A DNA stretch of 62,338 nucleotides, counting the filler, from Sphacelaria rigidula (lineage: Eukaryota), in the NCBI GenBank assembly GCA_964200075.2. It is 11 parts of 11 records of this genome, joined end to end, with 100 filler letters (N's around TTAATTAATTAA, not from the genome) between each part and the next. Parts side by side here need not be neighbours in the genome. Positions count along the whole stretch, not along the records: positions 34,059 to 39,634 come from CAXNAA020026180.1; positions 39,735 to 45,310 come from CAXNAA020026181.1; positions 45,411 to 50,986 come from CAXNAA020026182.1; positions 51,087 to 56,662 come from CAXNAA020026183.1; 7 more parts are not named here. The stretch is one strand, 5' to 3'. The notes below the pieces were generated by a model. The model searched no databases and had not been told where the DNA came from. It saw only the letters and a list, made by a program, of their open reading frames with translations. Positions within the stretch are counted from its first letter, which is position 1. Every line of letters begins with the position of its first letter. Shown here piece by piece: positions 37,434 through 51,456 of the stretch. Both the position numbers and the translations under genes were made by a program.

Positions 37434-39358
37434 ATTTTTCGAAGGAAGGATTTGCGCATGAGCAGTCTGTCCGAAGGTGCGATCGAAGGCCTCGTCAACG
37501 TCTTCTGCGTCAAACATTGCCCCCTCGTGTCTCGTGTGATAAATTTGATCATCCTCCCCTTCGTCGCTATTGAAGTCGTTTTCGAGCTCTTCTTCACTAC
37601 CCCTGGCGGCAGCCATTACGTCATCTCGATCTCGATCTTCACCTTTGACTGTCCCAACATCTTCAAGAGACGCATCAGCACCAAAACCAGACATATGCTT
37701 GCATTGCATACTGCTAGGCCGACTTCTCCGCACCTCACCCGCGACTTGCGTCATGTCTAGCAGCGAGTCGATCCTAGAAAGTTTTGAATTTGACGACGAC
37801 CGCGAGTCCAACCTGCTGCTGCTGCCACCACGCGTCACTACCCTCGCCGTCCCAGCAATACCGCCGATATCAGTAACAGTGCTGTTTCTAGTGTCTTCAG
37901 CGGGCCAGTCCGTCACCAAAGATGTCGCCTTTTGGTAGGACCAAGACTTCGGACGCGGAGGCTGCACCTGCTGATCCCTACCCGAGGCAAAACGTCGGGC
38001 AGTAGCTTTCGGAAGCATAACGCCCGAAACTGGTCTTACCATACGACCCTGCCGCTTATTTCCTACTGCTGACTCCTTGTGTATGTCACCTTTTGTATCG
38101 CCAGTGACGACGCCTCGATACGGACCGGACGTTTGTCGGTTAGTCGATGGTTGTACCTCTGAAGGACTTATCGGGAGGGCCTGGGACTTGAAGTCTACGG
38201 CTGTTAAGGCTTCTGATTGGACGAGCGACCGTGCACCACCATCTAGGTCAGATAGATATCCATAAGTATCCCACTCATCACCATGATCCTTCATTGATCC
38301 GTTGTTGCTATCGCGGTAGGGTCTGCTGCCGTCAGTGCGTCCACCTCCTTTATGACGCTCGTACGATGGGATCGGTGTCTGGTGTCCGACATTCCTTGTG
38401 TCTGGTGAAACCGCTCGTTGGATGATACAGCCACCACCGGTATTATCGCGGTTGGGATCACAACTCGCGGCAGCAGCCCTGCTTGGTTGGTTACATGATG
38501 TTTGGCCATCATTAGCTTGAAAACCACGGGTAGTACTTTTTGAATTCGCCGTTGCTGACTCTGGTACTGTTGAAGTGATGCCGGTGCCATCCTTGATAGC
38601 GGGAGTGGCTGCGGTGAGACGTGCTGTGGCCGGTAGCGCCGCCCTCAACGGGTATTTGCTGATACTGCTATCTTTACCAGAAGTTGAGACATTGGCTGCG
38701 TTGCCTCCACCACTTTCCGCCATCACCTCCAACCTTTCGGTTCTCGATTTGCTCGTAGTCGTGGACTGCGACGACACCCGTGTCGCCTCCAAGCTCACTC
38801 GTACACTCGGGGTGATCATGGCTTCCGCAGACCGAGAAACAGTCGATCGTTGGCCGCTCCTGTTTCCTGGCCTTCTCGAGCCACCATCATTATCACCACC
38901 ACCACCACGACTGCCATCAGTACGGCAATTTCCTCGCTTGCCCACCAATCTGTCGAAATCGCGGCCATCAACGTCAGGGCGCGAATCCCCCTCATCTTCT
39001 CCTCGAGGTGCCACGCCTGGCCCCAAGTTCCCGGACCCCGTTGAAGCGAAAGCGTGATGCGATTGCGAGCTCACGGGCAGAGCCTTTTTAAACCCTGTCG
39101 TCATCGTTTGGTTATTGCCATTTGTTCCCTTGTCACCGCCGGCCGTTTTCGAACCGCCGGAGTTCTGGGTGCCTACTGCTGCCGCCCTGCCGACTTCGCC
39201 ATCGCCCGCCGAGCGCGACGAAGGTGGCGGCATGCTGCTGCGGCGAATCAAGGTTGCGGGACGGCGTCGCGCTGGCAAAGAGGCCGGCATGTAGGACTCT
39301 AGTATTGCAGCTGTGTCTGTCGCTGCTTCCGTCATGCTCACGGCTGAGCCATGTTGAC
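37434..39358 (-). CDS. 1.9-kb exon encoding a Ser/Gly/Arg/Thr-rich, likely disordered region of an unidentified protein
   Basis: Lies within the 680-codon stop-free ORF; tattag| acceptor, AAT|GTGAGC donor. Confidence 0.8.
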
Positions 39359-42300
39359 CTAATACAATCGTCGAGGGAGAAAAGGCGAGATAGCATGTAT
39401 GACCGGGAACAAAGTATCGTAAGATAAGTTAGCGTTTGAAGATGGAGTCCACCCCGTGGGGTCGGCGGGAGCAGCTCGACAGGGGGGCTGCATCCCTGTA
39501 CCCCGGTGCTCGGCGGTGTTCCATAAACACTTCCTACGATAGCCCCCCCTCCCAAAACCAGCTGCGTCTCGAAAGGGATGCGTGGTCAATGGTCAAACGA
39601 CTAAGGCAAGCAACAAATGAGTACGCCCCCCCCCNNNNNNNNNNNNNNNNNNNNNNNNNNNNNNNNNNNNNNNNNNNNTTAATTAATTAANNNNNNNNNN
39701 NNNNNNNNNNNNNNNNNNNNNNNNNNNNNNNNNNTGGTGGTAACTGTTTTTTTTTTTTTTTTTTTCATCCCGCCGGGATGAAGCGGAGTGTTGCTGAGGT
39801 TGAGAGATGATATCTGTCGTTGCTTCGTTAGTGGTGTGTGTGTGTTTCTCACGGCTTGTACTTCTTTCATGGCAGCAGAAAAAGAAAAGACAATTTCACC
39901 ATGAGCTACTGTTCTGAGCGATTCTTTGATTGTTTTGCGGTATGTCTTGGGCATGTATATGCTGCCGGGGTACGGGTTGACCTGCCCGTTCGTTTTGAAA
40001 ATTGTGCGGTTTTTATTTTTTAAGCATGAGCGTCTTTTAAGTTTTTTTTTTGGGAGCTGTTCTTCTATGTGAGCTGCGGCCGTCTTTTTTATTTTCCCCC
40101 CTTTCAACCGATAGATTATCGCTACAGAATCGCACCCAAAGTCGTCATTGCGATGGTGGTACAATGGGCGGCTGGGAGGCTGCGCAGGAGATCCTTGACT
40201 TAAAAGGTCAGCTGCATCGTGGCGCGAAACGCCGTACACCGTAGCTATTTTTATCACGGTGGAAACAATCAAACCGCTCTACGATGCACGCGTTGTTTCA
40301 TGATATGTTTCGGCGTATTGGAAACTCGGCGGAAGTTTCCATAGTCATAATTCCTAGCAGCCGCGCCCAGGTGTTGAGACTGGTATATCAACACGCTCGG
40401 TTCGGGTGGACCGATAGTTTTGTACTCCTCTTTCGCGGCCGCGCCTCCACTACCGCTCGCAGTCACTCTGAATGAAACCATTTCTCCCGCGGTACTGCAC
40501 ATGCCCGACCCTTTGCGTGGATTGGATCAGCAGTACTCCGCACCACGTCGACCCTCTTCTATTTTTATTCGTTGCTCACTTCCGTCGCGCCTGCAACGAT
40601 ACAAAACATTTTCTCCAGGGGTAGACTGGAGTCTCTGACGACGGAAAATTAGCATGTGTGTCCGACACCCGTGCCCTCCCCAGGCTTGACCCTTTCCAAT
40701 TCTTCAGGGTTTTTGAATCTTATACCCCCTGGGGTTTAACATTCGTGCGGTAATGACTGCCGACAGCCATGACGCAAATGTTAGGCCTGGGCTAAATAAA
40801 CCCCACCTCCTGGACGGGACTCGACTCCTCACATTTGATTAAACAAGTCCAATCGTTGGTGGTGGTGTTTGCGAAGAGCACACCCCGAGCACTTCCAGCA
40901 TACAGTACACGGACTACCGACTACGCGTATTCTTTACAACTGTCGGAGTCGTTGTGATGAAGCCGTCAATCATGATGCACCTCTTTGAAGTCAATATTGC
41001 AACGATTGCCGATAGTCATCATGCAAACGCTCGGCCTGGGCCACACCTTACCTCGTGGGGTGTCGTGTGTCCACTCTTCACCTTCAACTAAATAAGATCG
41101 ATCTTGTAGAATATGTGGAAAGCGCACGCTCTACTCTTCTCCGGCATACACAGACTACTGGCTACGCGGTGCATACGCAGTACAGATTTCAGGGTTGTGA
41201 TAAGGTCACCAAGCACCAGATACCGCTTCGAATTCAAAGTCATTTGGCAACGACTGGAGACAGCCATGCATCACGCGAACACTCGGCGTGGGTCAAACCC
41301 TACCTCCTGCGATGGCGCGTGTGTCGACTTCTCACACTTGGCTGAACAATCCGAACCCAATGCGAGCACATGTTGGAAACCTGCACCCCGGTTCAAATGA
41401 CCCTCCACGTGAAGCGAGATCAACGGAATTGACATGGACACAGAGTTCGAGTTGTGAAGTTGGATGATACGACAATTTGACCATCGCATGCCGCCACCAT
41501 GAAAAAATGAGGGAAACACAGCTCGTTCTCGTTGGACGGCTCAGCATAATAACCGCACGACGGAAGGCACGTTGAATCAAAAGCATTGATGGATGTTCGA
41601 CCCTCCAACCACCCCCGGGACATCGGCTAACGGAAGGTACCTGATGTGGAGGATTCCTAAAGCTCACACTTGGGATGTAACATCTGGATCCCTTTTAAGA
41701 CACCGGCCGGGGCAGTCCGAGCGCGAGATTCGGCGCTACATGTGATCCCAAGGTAAGAGTGCCACGACACCCCTGTTGCAGCAAACCGTGCGGACTATGG
41801 CTGTACAATATTGCACGCACCTTACTATTTTTCTCTTGTTTCCGGTGATGGATTGTAGCGTTTGACGGGATTGAGGATGCCTGCATTGGGGCATAACATA
41901 ACTTTGAACCCTCGGCTCCGATGCTCCCAGTTGTAAATGGATCAGACGGCTGGTGACACCTTGCACCCATCTACCCTGGCACCGTCTCTCCGGAGAGGTA
42001 GTAAGGCATCTGCACCACTCCGGCAGTCATCCCTTCCGACACATGCCACATCCGCGTTTGAAAGTAGATCTCGACCGACACACTCCGAACGTACAGTGTC
42101 GACGGAAAAACTGAGGGACATCGCCGTGGGCTACGCCGGCGACGGCGGCGCAGGGCGAAAGGGGCTAAGTCCCCTGTCGTACGGAAAGAACACGGCGACA
42201 ACACTGTTTAGTGCCTCGGAGGCGTTGTTCGCGGCCGCTGATGGCGCAGTTGTATAACACTAGGTAGGGGGTGGGGGAGGGACGTACCGGCCGTCGGAGA

Positions 42301-45104
42301 ACAGAGCGTAAGAAGATGAAAAGTCGATCGGGGGGAAGGCGATACGTATAAAATCTAGATTACGTCGACGTTGGGAAAAAATACACGGAAGGGGTCGCCA
42401 TCGAATCCGACCGCAATACCTCTCAACGACGCCGGCCGGCAAAGAGGTCCTGGGTTCGCTGGACGGGCGAGTGATCATTTGTCCGCAGGCCTTGGCTATT
42501 CTGTCGTCCTCCGACGTGTCACAGAAGGAGGAGCTTGGCGGTATTGTCGCGTATTACGTGTTGGGCGACAAGACCAAGAAAGGCGCAACAAAGCAGAAGG
42601 TGTATACGATCCCGCCGAAGAACACTACGACCAAACCGACGGGGAGTCAGGGCCGGATCTCGGGCGTCAAAACTCAACATCAAAAATTATACCATGTACA
42701 TGCAGGAGCTGCTGACTGTCTTGCGAGGGATTTTAGGGGTGCCCAATATTTCCCACGAGGAGGGGGGGGTACTTGTCCAGCTCGGAGCGTCCGTCCCCTT
42801 CAATATCCTGAATTCCGATGAAGGTGGGAAGGATTACCACTATCCATCTGTGGTCTAGTGGCGACAACGCTGGGAAACGAGCACATCCACCTCCACCCCC
42901 TCAGCTGCAGATATCTCATAGCCCGTCTCTGTCTGTCGTTGTACAAATGTCTCAACGCAAGTGCATTAATGTCAGACTTTCCCTATCTATTTACAGTGAG
43001 TATTTGAAACGGGTAGACATACCGATGGATGCATTTTTCCCTGACGTGCGATCATCTCTCCATCATGCCGTCCCTTGCCCGTTAAAACTCGGTACCGTCC
43101 TGTCACCTGCTCAGGTTCAAGCCATGCTACAATAGGAGGGAGGGGGCGGTTGCTTCCACAAAAAACGGGTTTGTTGGTGTGTCAGACGACTCATCACGCT
43201 CGCGGTGCGCTTGTGTGTGGATAAAAATGTTCTCAATCTGTATGAATAAGCGTTTTTCATCAGTGAAAAGCGCGTTTGAACAACCCTTGCTGCGATCAAC
43301 GATTATTTGGAGTGGAATTTTGAGGAAGAAATCGTCCATAATCCCCCTCGCCCCAATCGTAGCATGACCGTTTAGGGTACTACAACGAAAGTCTCACCAT
43401 GCGGTGGATAATATCTGCCCGTGTCAATGCAGAACAGCTAGATCCACACTATGTAGCGCAGGGTCATGCCATCGACAACCCGTGGAGGCGCACCGAGGAT
43501 CTCCTCAGGCCGATACAGTGGGTGGATGTCACCTGACCACGGGTACTTCCGAACGCGCCCTACTTGAAAACAACAATGGATCCTCGATCGTCACATACAA
43601 GAACAGAAGATCGTTTGCCCGAAGCGGCTTCACGCCAACGGCTGTGGTAAAAGTAGGAGGGCACGTTGGAGGAAGCGTGGCAAGAGCTACGACGACGGCC
43701 ACCGGCGGGTGCGGATCTGTGGCAGCTGCAGTACCCTGCGTCGGTACCGTCGGCGGGGGGTAAGACGGGCCTATCCAGGGTTCCCACGCTGCCACGATTA
43801 CGCGCGGGCGAGGTGGTGAGGTAATGGCCACCGGTGGGGTCTCGCTGACGACAGGATGGCAGGACCTGCCCGGCAGTCTGCGGCGGCGGCGGTATCAGAC
43901 GAACGAAGGGGCGGGTGAGCGGCGGTGGTGACAGACGCGGTGGGATGCGCCGGTGTTGGTTGCTGCGGGCTGGGGGTTGGGGCCTGGTTGTGGAATGAGG
44001 AAGTGGTGATGGGGGAGCCAGAGGGAGATGGCGGCGGCGGAACCGGCAGTAGCGGCGTTAGGCGCGTGTGTTGTTGGCGGCGGGCTGGCAGTAGTGGCCC
44101 GCCGATCGAATTCAGCGAAGGTGTCATGCAGATTGGTGGGAGGGGTGATGGTGCCGCCGGTGGCGGCAGTAGCGGCGGGCGGGGTATTGATGTCAGAGGT
44201 CTGGCAGGGGCGGCCCCACGGACGAATATTGCGGCAGTGACAAGCGGGCGACCAAGCAGGGTAGCACCGACACGGATGAAGGTGCAAGACGCGGATGTTG
44301 GTGCCTGCGCCGGGGGGGGTCGATCGAGTTCATCATCGTATCTTGCTGCATAGATAGGAAGTGACAGGGGGGGAACAGCGGCGGAAGGAGAAGCGCATTT
44401 GTCACGTGCGGCGCCCCCGCACCTTTGTAGTGGTGAATCGCAACACCTTATGTTATGGTGCGTCATAGTAGTAGACCTTCTCGGAGTATCCACAGCGCAG
44501 ATGAATTCGGTATAGGTGAGGGAGAGATGTCCGCAGCCCATTTCATCACCCACGCCAGGAGGTTGTTCGGGTAGCACTTCATAAAGTGGCTCGTGACTTC
44601 CATCGATACTTTCCCGTAGATTGTTGTACTCCTTGCGATATCCTCTAGGTGAATCACCGCAGGGCCCCGACACGGTGCAAGTTACTGTCAAACGCATTGT
44701 GAACGGCGACTCCCGGTGCAAAATGGGGAAGAGGGTATACAATGCGATCGTTAACCTTGGGGACGAGAATGAGAGTGCTTGGCCGCCGGATGGGCAGTAT
44801 CCTTGGCTGACGCAACGTGTGAAGATGACACGAACAGAGTATCCTGAAAATAAGGCAGTCAGTTTTCGTGTAATACAGTGTTGTTGCCAAAGGAAAACAT
44901 CACCACAAGACAAGTTTCTGTTGCAGTTAAGCATAGGTATGACTAGGTGCACCTAATGAACGCGGTGTACACGTGTGTCGATGACGATACCACTGGAAGA
45001 GCACTGGGGGAGAAAAATCTTCTTACCCGTGTCCTTTGTGTGTCCTTGTTCGGCGATTCCCAGTCGCTGGAGAGATTGGCATCGTATTGCCAGTAATATA
45101 TCAG

Positions 45105-45310
45105 CCGGTCGCCGTGGCTCAGTTGGTAACCTCGACACCTTCTGACGGTTGGGTCGTGGGTTCAATTCTCGGAGCGATCTTGGATTTTTTCTACACAATG
45201 CCCAACAGTGGAGAGCGATTAGGTTGTGGATACACAAAATTCGACTTAACGGTCGACGAGGGAAAGGGACTGCTAAATCCCTCTCGCGATAAAAATAAAA
45301 GGCAAGCACC
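45105..45310 (+). mobile_element. tRNA-derived SINE-like element (5' part)
   Basis: A-box TGGCTCAGTTGG and B-box GGTTCAATTC; head shared with 5513-5577; no intact cloverleaf. Confidence 0.7.
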
Positions 45311-48300
45311 NNNNNNNNNNNNNNNNNNNNNNNNNNNNNNNNNNNNNNNNNNNNTTAATTAATTAANNNNNNNNNNNNNNNNNNNNNNNNNNNNNNNNNN
45401 NNNNNNNNNNCGTTGGAGGAGCCCCTGAACCAAACAAAATTTCGCGAAAAAAGTGCACCCCTACCGTAGCATTGCTCACAAGTATAGATATGAGCACAAG
45501 GATAGACATGACGCGGTAATATTGATTGGCCTCGAAGCTCAGCAATTGGCATTACCAACGCTGACTATTTTTTCCCTTGTAGCTTCGATCCCTTCCCTTC
45601 CTCCGGAAAAGTCCGTAGTCCCACGAGATCAACCCATCTCTCCCCGTCCTTCACATGGCTGATAAGCACGTATTGCGGGCTGGATCAGCTTTTTCACACA
45701 CTACGAGTACAAAGCTTCCTCTCTGCAAACGGCGGCGATCAGATACGTCTCAGAAGAATCCTGGACCCACAATTGCTGGGATATAAACCCATAACCTTCT
45801 CCCTAACTGGTCCCAGTTGCATAACTTTATTTTAGACCACCAAGGTGCGGCAGCGAAGTTTTTGCTAGCGGCACCGGGTATTTCTGGTCAGATGAGGAGT
45901 ATCCACGCGCGAATCGATATCGATGGCACGCCACTGTCGTTCCCAAGCGTAGGGAATACATCGCATGGGCAAGGTGAAGATGGAGAATTCAAAGATTCTC
46001 GCTCACGCCATGGAATCTTGTGTTGAGTTTCCCTTCGGACTTCCAATGTTGCACTTGCCATCGGCGGAGTGATCATCCCAACCGAGCTGCTCGACCACAA
46101 TAGCTACAGCATTCGGTTCGGTGCGAACGGAACAGCCCTCCTCGCTGCTCCCCATTCCAGGTCACCCCGTGTCCTGCGTTCGGGTAGGATTTCCGTGCTG
46201 CTACGGGTGGATGCCACCGGAGGGGGCAATAGTATTGGAGACTTCCTGCCTCTTGTTCCCAGTCATCTAACCCTCGCAATGCTTCTCGCCTGCGTCATTT
46301 TCCGCACACTTTTGCATAGAGTTCACCGCGCTGACACCCCGTGCGAACGCTTCTATCTGCAGGCTACTCTTCAGAGATATATATGACGATGCTCTTGTAA
46401 CCGAGCATGCTCGACTGCATTTGTATCGGCCCATCTCCCCCGCGTGTCATCGACGTTGAGAAGACTGCGACGACCCCGCGGTTTGAGAGTAGTCCGATGT
46501 CTGCAGCTGGAATAATCGCGGACCCTTCTTCAACAAATAGCATTCCTGTACAGGGAGCACAACACAGTGAAATGGACACACCGCGATGAGAAAGGATTAT
46601 ATTACAACGGGAGGCCGGGATCCCGTTGTTCGATCATTTTATCACAGAAGAGACGTGAAGTACGCGTGTACATGGGGATCTGTTACTGCCAGTAGCCCGC
46701 CACATATGCTGACCGTGAGAAATCAGCGGTGTGGGGAGTTCGAGCATGCGGACGGGATGACCCTCTGCCACCAGAAGGGCAAGTCGTGGCAAATAATGGG
46801 TCACAACTCACGTGGACCACGACAATGATCAGCGCCTGCTGTTTCATGCATCCAGCTAGTGTGTGATTTGCGAGGTCCCCCGCGCCTTCCAAGACGTGGA
46901 GAATATTCCAGAGGTCTACGAAGAGGTGACCCATCACTCGGTTTTGGACACCACACTCAATATGATCTCAAGAGGCCAAATTCGGCGCGCGCGGGAGGGG
47001 GGGGGGGGGGGGGGGGGGGGAAAAAATCAAGAGGGAGGGGGGCGGAAAACAGGCAAAAATAAAAAAAGAGGGTCTCAGGGTGTGAAAGGCCTGTCANNNN
47101 NNNNNNGAGACACGGGATACTGGGGGTGGGGTGGGGGGGGGAGGGGGGGGGGGGAAGGGGGGGCTGATGGGGGGGTACGGACAAAATCTAAGTAGCTAGG
47201 CCGTCAGACTCAGTCACACTTGAAAAAAGTCGGTTCACGTGTTGAAAGTCCGTTCCAGGATTCGAAGTACGGACATACACTGTCACCGAGAAATCGGTAT
47301 GGGTTGACCGCGAGTCAGAAAGATCAAATTAATGTGGTGATTGAACGACACGAGTGAGGCAGCTGTTTTTTGGAGTCACAGGGAGACCACGCTGCACCAA
47401 GTAGGGGAGGTGTTGGGAAATGTGAATCCACTATACCGTTAATCTATGCACTGTACTTTACGTCTGCAGCTAATGCAGATGCCTGTGAAGACTTTCGTAC
47501 TGCTTTCATAGTGGCTTTCGACCAATGTCGTGGCTAAAAAGGTGGCAGGGGGGGGCGGGGGGCGGGAGGGGTTCGGATTTTTGACTCATGGTTCGTATCT
47601 CATACCGCTGCTTCCTATTGTCTCTGCGTCACTTCGCAGGTGAGTATGAATCGGTGAATTTTGGATGCGTAAGGCGAGTAGAATGCACGTTACGTTTAGA
47701 ATGCCTTCGGCACGAAAATGTCGGCTGTGCACACAGCATAATTTGTAGGATTGTTTGCCAACAGGAAGGATGGGGGCTGCCCCCCGAGAGCTTATACGCT
47801 CAAGAAGAGAACGTGTCGGCAAAGTATTTGACCACCGTGCAGTATGATGTACAGCTTTCTGTGTGAACGAACGTTACACGTCATTTGAGCCTTGCGAGCT
47901 TTTGGTGCAAGATTTCACGAACGTCAAGACAGGACGATACAACAATTAAAATATATGAATGAATATCAACAGTATCATAGTACCACACTCTGATATTGCA
48001 AAGACCTTCAGCGTGACTTCAACAATACCAACCTGCGCCTGATGGACTCTACCTCAGCTTAACATTAAATGTAGGCACTGGACTTTTACCCGCAACTACG
48101 TGCATCCCCCTCACACGGCTGGACTGAGAGATATACCACCCTTTGGGTCTACTGAAGTGAGAGCATAAAAGCATGACGATTTATTATCGTCGTCAAAACA
48201 ATCTCATGCACTGTTTTCTCGTTTTTACAACGCGTTGAATGACACAAACGACCCTCTTGGAAATACGCTCCAGGATGCATACAATGACATCGTTGGCAAA

Positions 48301-49479
48301 GTGAGGACTGCAGCTATCCGACGATGTACAGCATGTTACATCCTACCAATACGCGCTACGCTCATTGCGAATCATATAAAGAAATGAATTGACAGCAGTG
48401 CGTCCAAGTTTGCGATTTTTTCATCATAATACTAGCAGAATTTTCGAACAGGTACGAAGAGGCTCCATTTGGAGACCCAGACAAAGGCGAAATGTGTGAT
48501 GGTTTCAAATATTCGAAGTTCACAGCCGTGCGTGAGATATGGACGTTTTACGTAGGGAAAATTGAACTGTGTGGTAGTTGAGCACAACTCTAGGTCAACG
48601 CTTTTTTTGTGTAGATTGGAGGTGAAGCAGAGCAATAAGCCTGCCAATGCGCTTGAAATGCGCCATCTCTTGCAGAAGAGAGGGGTCACAAAACGAAATT
48701 GAAGTATATTTCCCCGCCGAAATCGGAGAAGCTGTTCCGAAAATGCCTCACAACCTTACACTAAAGGCACAGGCGGTAAAACCATAAGCATGATATTTTC
48801 TTTTTCGCGAACTCTTCATATTGATCCGATTTCATATCCATTGTTTATCCGCGCCATAATTTGTAGCATGAGTCGCACTGTTGACGGAGAATCCGTTTGT
48901 GGAAAACGACCCAAACTCCGCGGCAGACAAACATATTGGTGAACAGACAGACATAACTCAACCAAGTCGCATTTGCTTCCACATACCGAACTTTGACCGC
49001 ATCCGACGCATCCCCTGCAGTCTATTTTATCATTTATATTATTTCCGCACATTAGTCCGATCTCTCGAACCCGTGGTCACAGACGTAGGCTTGTCTTTGC
49101 AATACCACCCCTGCTCTTCCTTACAAGACATAGAGTCCCCCGTCATTTTTCAGAGACTCCAGCCTAATTACTTTTACATGGATCTAAATATCAGGAGACA
49201 AAGCGACGGAAATCCATGTTCTTCGGGAAAACCAACGCATACATGACTCCTGCACAATTCCCCCCGCTCGCATATTTAAAATCTGATCGTCTCTGTATGA
49301 TCATTTTTCGCACCTGCTTGATTCATGAGTCGCATGTTTAGCGAGAACATGGAAAGCTCGAAACCGTCGGCAGCCGAGAAATGTGAGCAGTGCGTAGCTC
49401 GAGTATATATATATGTGTGTGTATGTTTAAATCCTGTTCGCCCCAATGTCGTGTTTACCCGTGGTCACTTTGCACCTCA

Positions 49480-50125
49480 CGGTAGATTGTCGAATAGCTC
49501 TTCATACAGGAGGGAGGAGATGGAAGGATGCATAACCAGCTTATACCGAAGTGAAAATGGTGGAAGTGGCAGGACCCCCATCATCTCCCCTTGTATTGTT
49601 TTTCTACTATCTACAGACTCCAACGCACCCACCCCCCCGAGGTGGCGTGTGTTGTTATGTGGCGCTCTTCCCGTTATGCCTAGTATATTCGTACACATAG
49701 CTATCCCTCTAGAGGTACAAGCTTAGAACCCTGCGACTCGTATCGCTTTGGCTGGTGATCGTGGCTCTCGAGCTTGGCTCCCTTCCCGTTTGGCCTCGCG
49801 TGTTGAGTGGGCCAATGGGACCGGCCTCCAGTAGCCCGAATGGTCGCATATGACATCGGAAATTAGAGGGCTAGCAATAGTCCTTTTTCTTTCCTCTTTT
49901 TTCTTCTTTTTTTCTTGTATTTTCATGTTAGTTGTTTTGAATTCTTGTACGGCGTCTGTGTGAACTGTTCCAGTGTCCGATTTTTTGTTATTTTGTTTTT
50001 ACCCTAGCTTGGGGTAGTCAACCTGTGACCACGGAAGACTTCCGTATCAGGTGCCCAGTACAGAGTACTGCGCAGATATCGAAACGGCTCTTAATTTGAA
50101 GACAACAATAGCAACGACAACTAGA
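49480..50125 (+). mobile_element. Second, 5'-truncated copy of the RTE-like 3' UTR with a CAA-rich tail
   Basis: Colinear with 28740-29336 (tccctctagaggtaca, cgtgttgagtgggcca, cctccagtagcccgaatg, cctgtgaccacggaag). Confidence 0.8.
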
Positions 50126-50240
50126 CACCACCAGCACAGCTGCTGCTTACAATGGCCCACCTCCGCAGTCCTCGTGAGTGACAACACGATTTACTATTGC
50201 ACGCGTGTGTGTCGCATACTGTGGATCAAACGCCACACAC

Positions 50241-50384
50241 CTGTCGGAGCACATCGATGAAGCTATCGAAATCAGAAATGGCCAAGCATAAGTCGTTGGC
50301 CACGTGGAGCAGCTCCTGGCGAGGAAACATCGCCGTGCCCTTGTCCGCCGCTCGCTTGGTTAGGGCCGCTACGAACACGCGGAC
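50241..50384 (-). CDS. MCM8: Exon encoding the C-terminal winged-helix region of DNA helicase MCM8 (VRVFVAALTKRAADKGTAMFPRQELLHVANDLCLAISDFDSFIDVLRQ)
   Basis: tttttcgcag| acceptor, CAG|GTGTGT donor, 48 codons. Pattern FxxAL...F...L..A..L.....DF..FI..L matches the MCM8 C-terminus as I recall it. Confidence 0.75.
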
Positions 50385-51456
50385 CTGCGAAAAATATCAG
50401 CAGATCAAACGGCGACCGGAGACTCATCGGAACGGATGCCGGGGACGTAGATTTCCCGAGTAGAGCCGTATTGAACCGCGGTGTTATTACGAACTTGTTG
50501 AGTGCTGCCACGCGCAATACCAAGAGAATCGTTGTTCTGTGTCTCCCGAGGCGGTAGCAGTCGGTGTACGTACGTGCATAATCGCGGATATGAGAGTAAT
50601 GCTGGACGCCAATCGAACCCACGCCTTCTCACGTCCTCCGGGGCATTGGTATCGCGGTGTCTCTGGTGATCGTGAGGTGAAACGCTTGATGATCCTCTTT
50701 AACCTTCATGTTTCGATAAACATGTTTCCACAGAGCCGGGAGTTTCTCACTATAGTTCAAGAGGAATGCATGCCCCTACAGCCGAGGTCAGCATGCAGTC
50801 GCGAGGAACAAAGTGGCTCACGTTGTGGCGACTCATCCAACAAACAGAGCGTGAGCTCCTGGGCTATATATGGCACAACATAGGGGGGGGGGAGGTCATC
50901 ATGGTCTTGCATGCCATAGTCATGTGACCATTGACATAATATAGGGGGAGGGGGGGGGTGTACTCATGATCATGCATGCCATAGTCNNNNNNNNNNNNNN
51001 NNNNNNNNNNNNNNNNNNNNNNNNNNNNNNTTAATTAATTAANNNNNNNNNNNNNNNNNNNNNNNNNNNNNNNNNNNNNNNNNNNNGCCATAGTCATGAG
51101 ATCATTGACCTCGCATCCCTACAAAGCCGGGGCGGAGCACGCCAGGTTTTCGCCGGACCAGACAGGGGAGGGTTCGAAAAAATTGAAAGAGTATGCCGAG
51201 GGGTGGAGGGGTTGTAATGCTGTACTGTCCGTACAGTGAGAGACAGCCCAAAACAAAATGCACGTCGAGAAACTGTAAGATGGGCGTGTCAACGATGAAC
51301 AAAATGCTCCGCTTCCATGTTTTGGTGTGTATTGCCTCTTGTTATGTTAAACCTACAGGACAAGTAGTTTGCAACAAGCGGCACGCAGCCTCATATATAT
51401 GTATATATATATAAATGCATCTGTTTTAATTCGCTCTTGTTTTTTCCGCTGACCAG

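Noticed and set aside
43798..44952. 384-aa minus-strand ORF as a gene
   Set aside because: A GC-rich low-complexity tract keeps several frames open; no domain, and the splice-like signals are on the opposite strand.
45600..49300. Named transposase or gene in contig 9
   Set aside because: Fragmentary frames only (e.g. CDSCYKLW near 48870 on the minus strand); insufficient to assign a family.
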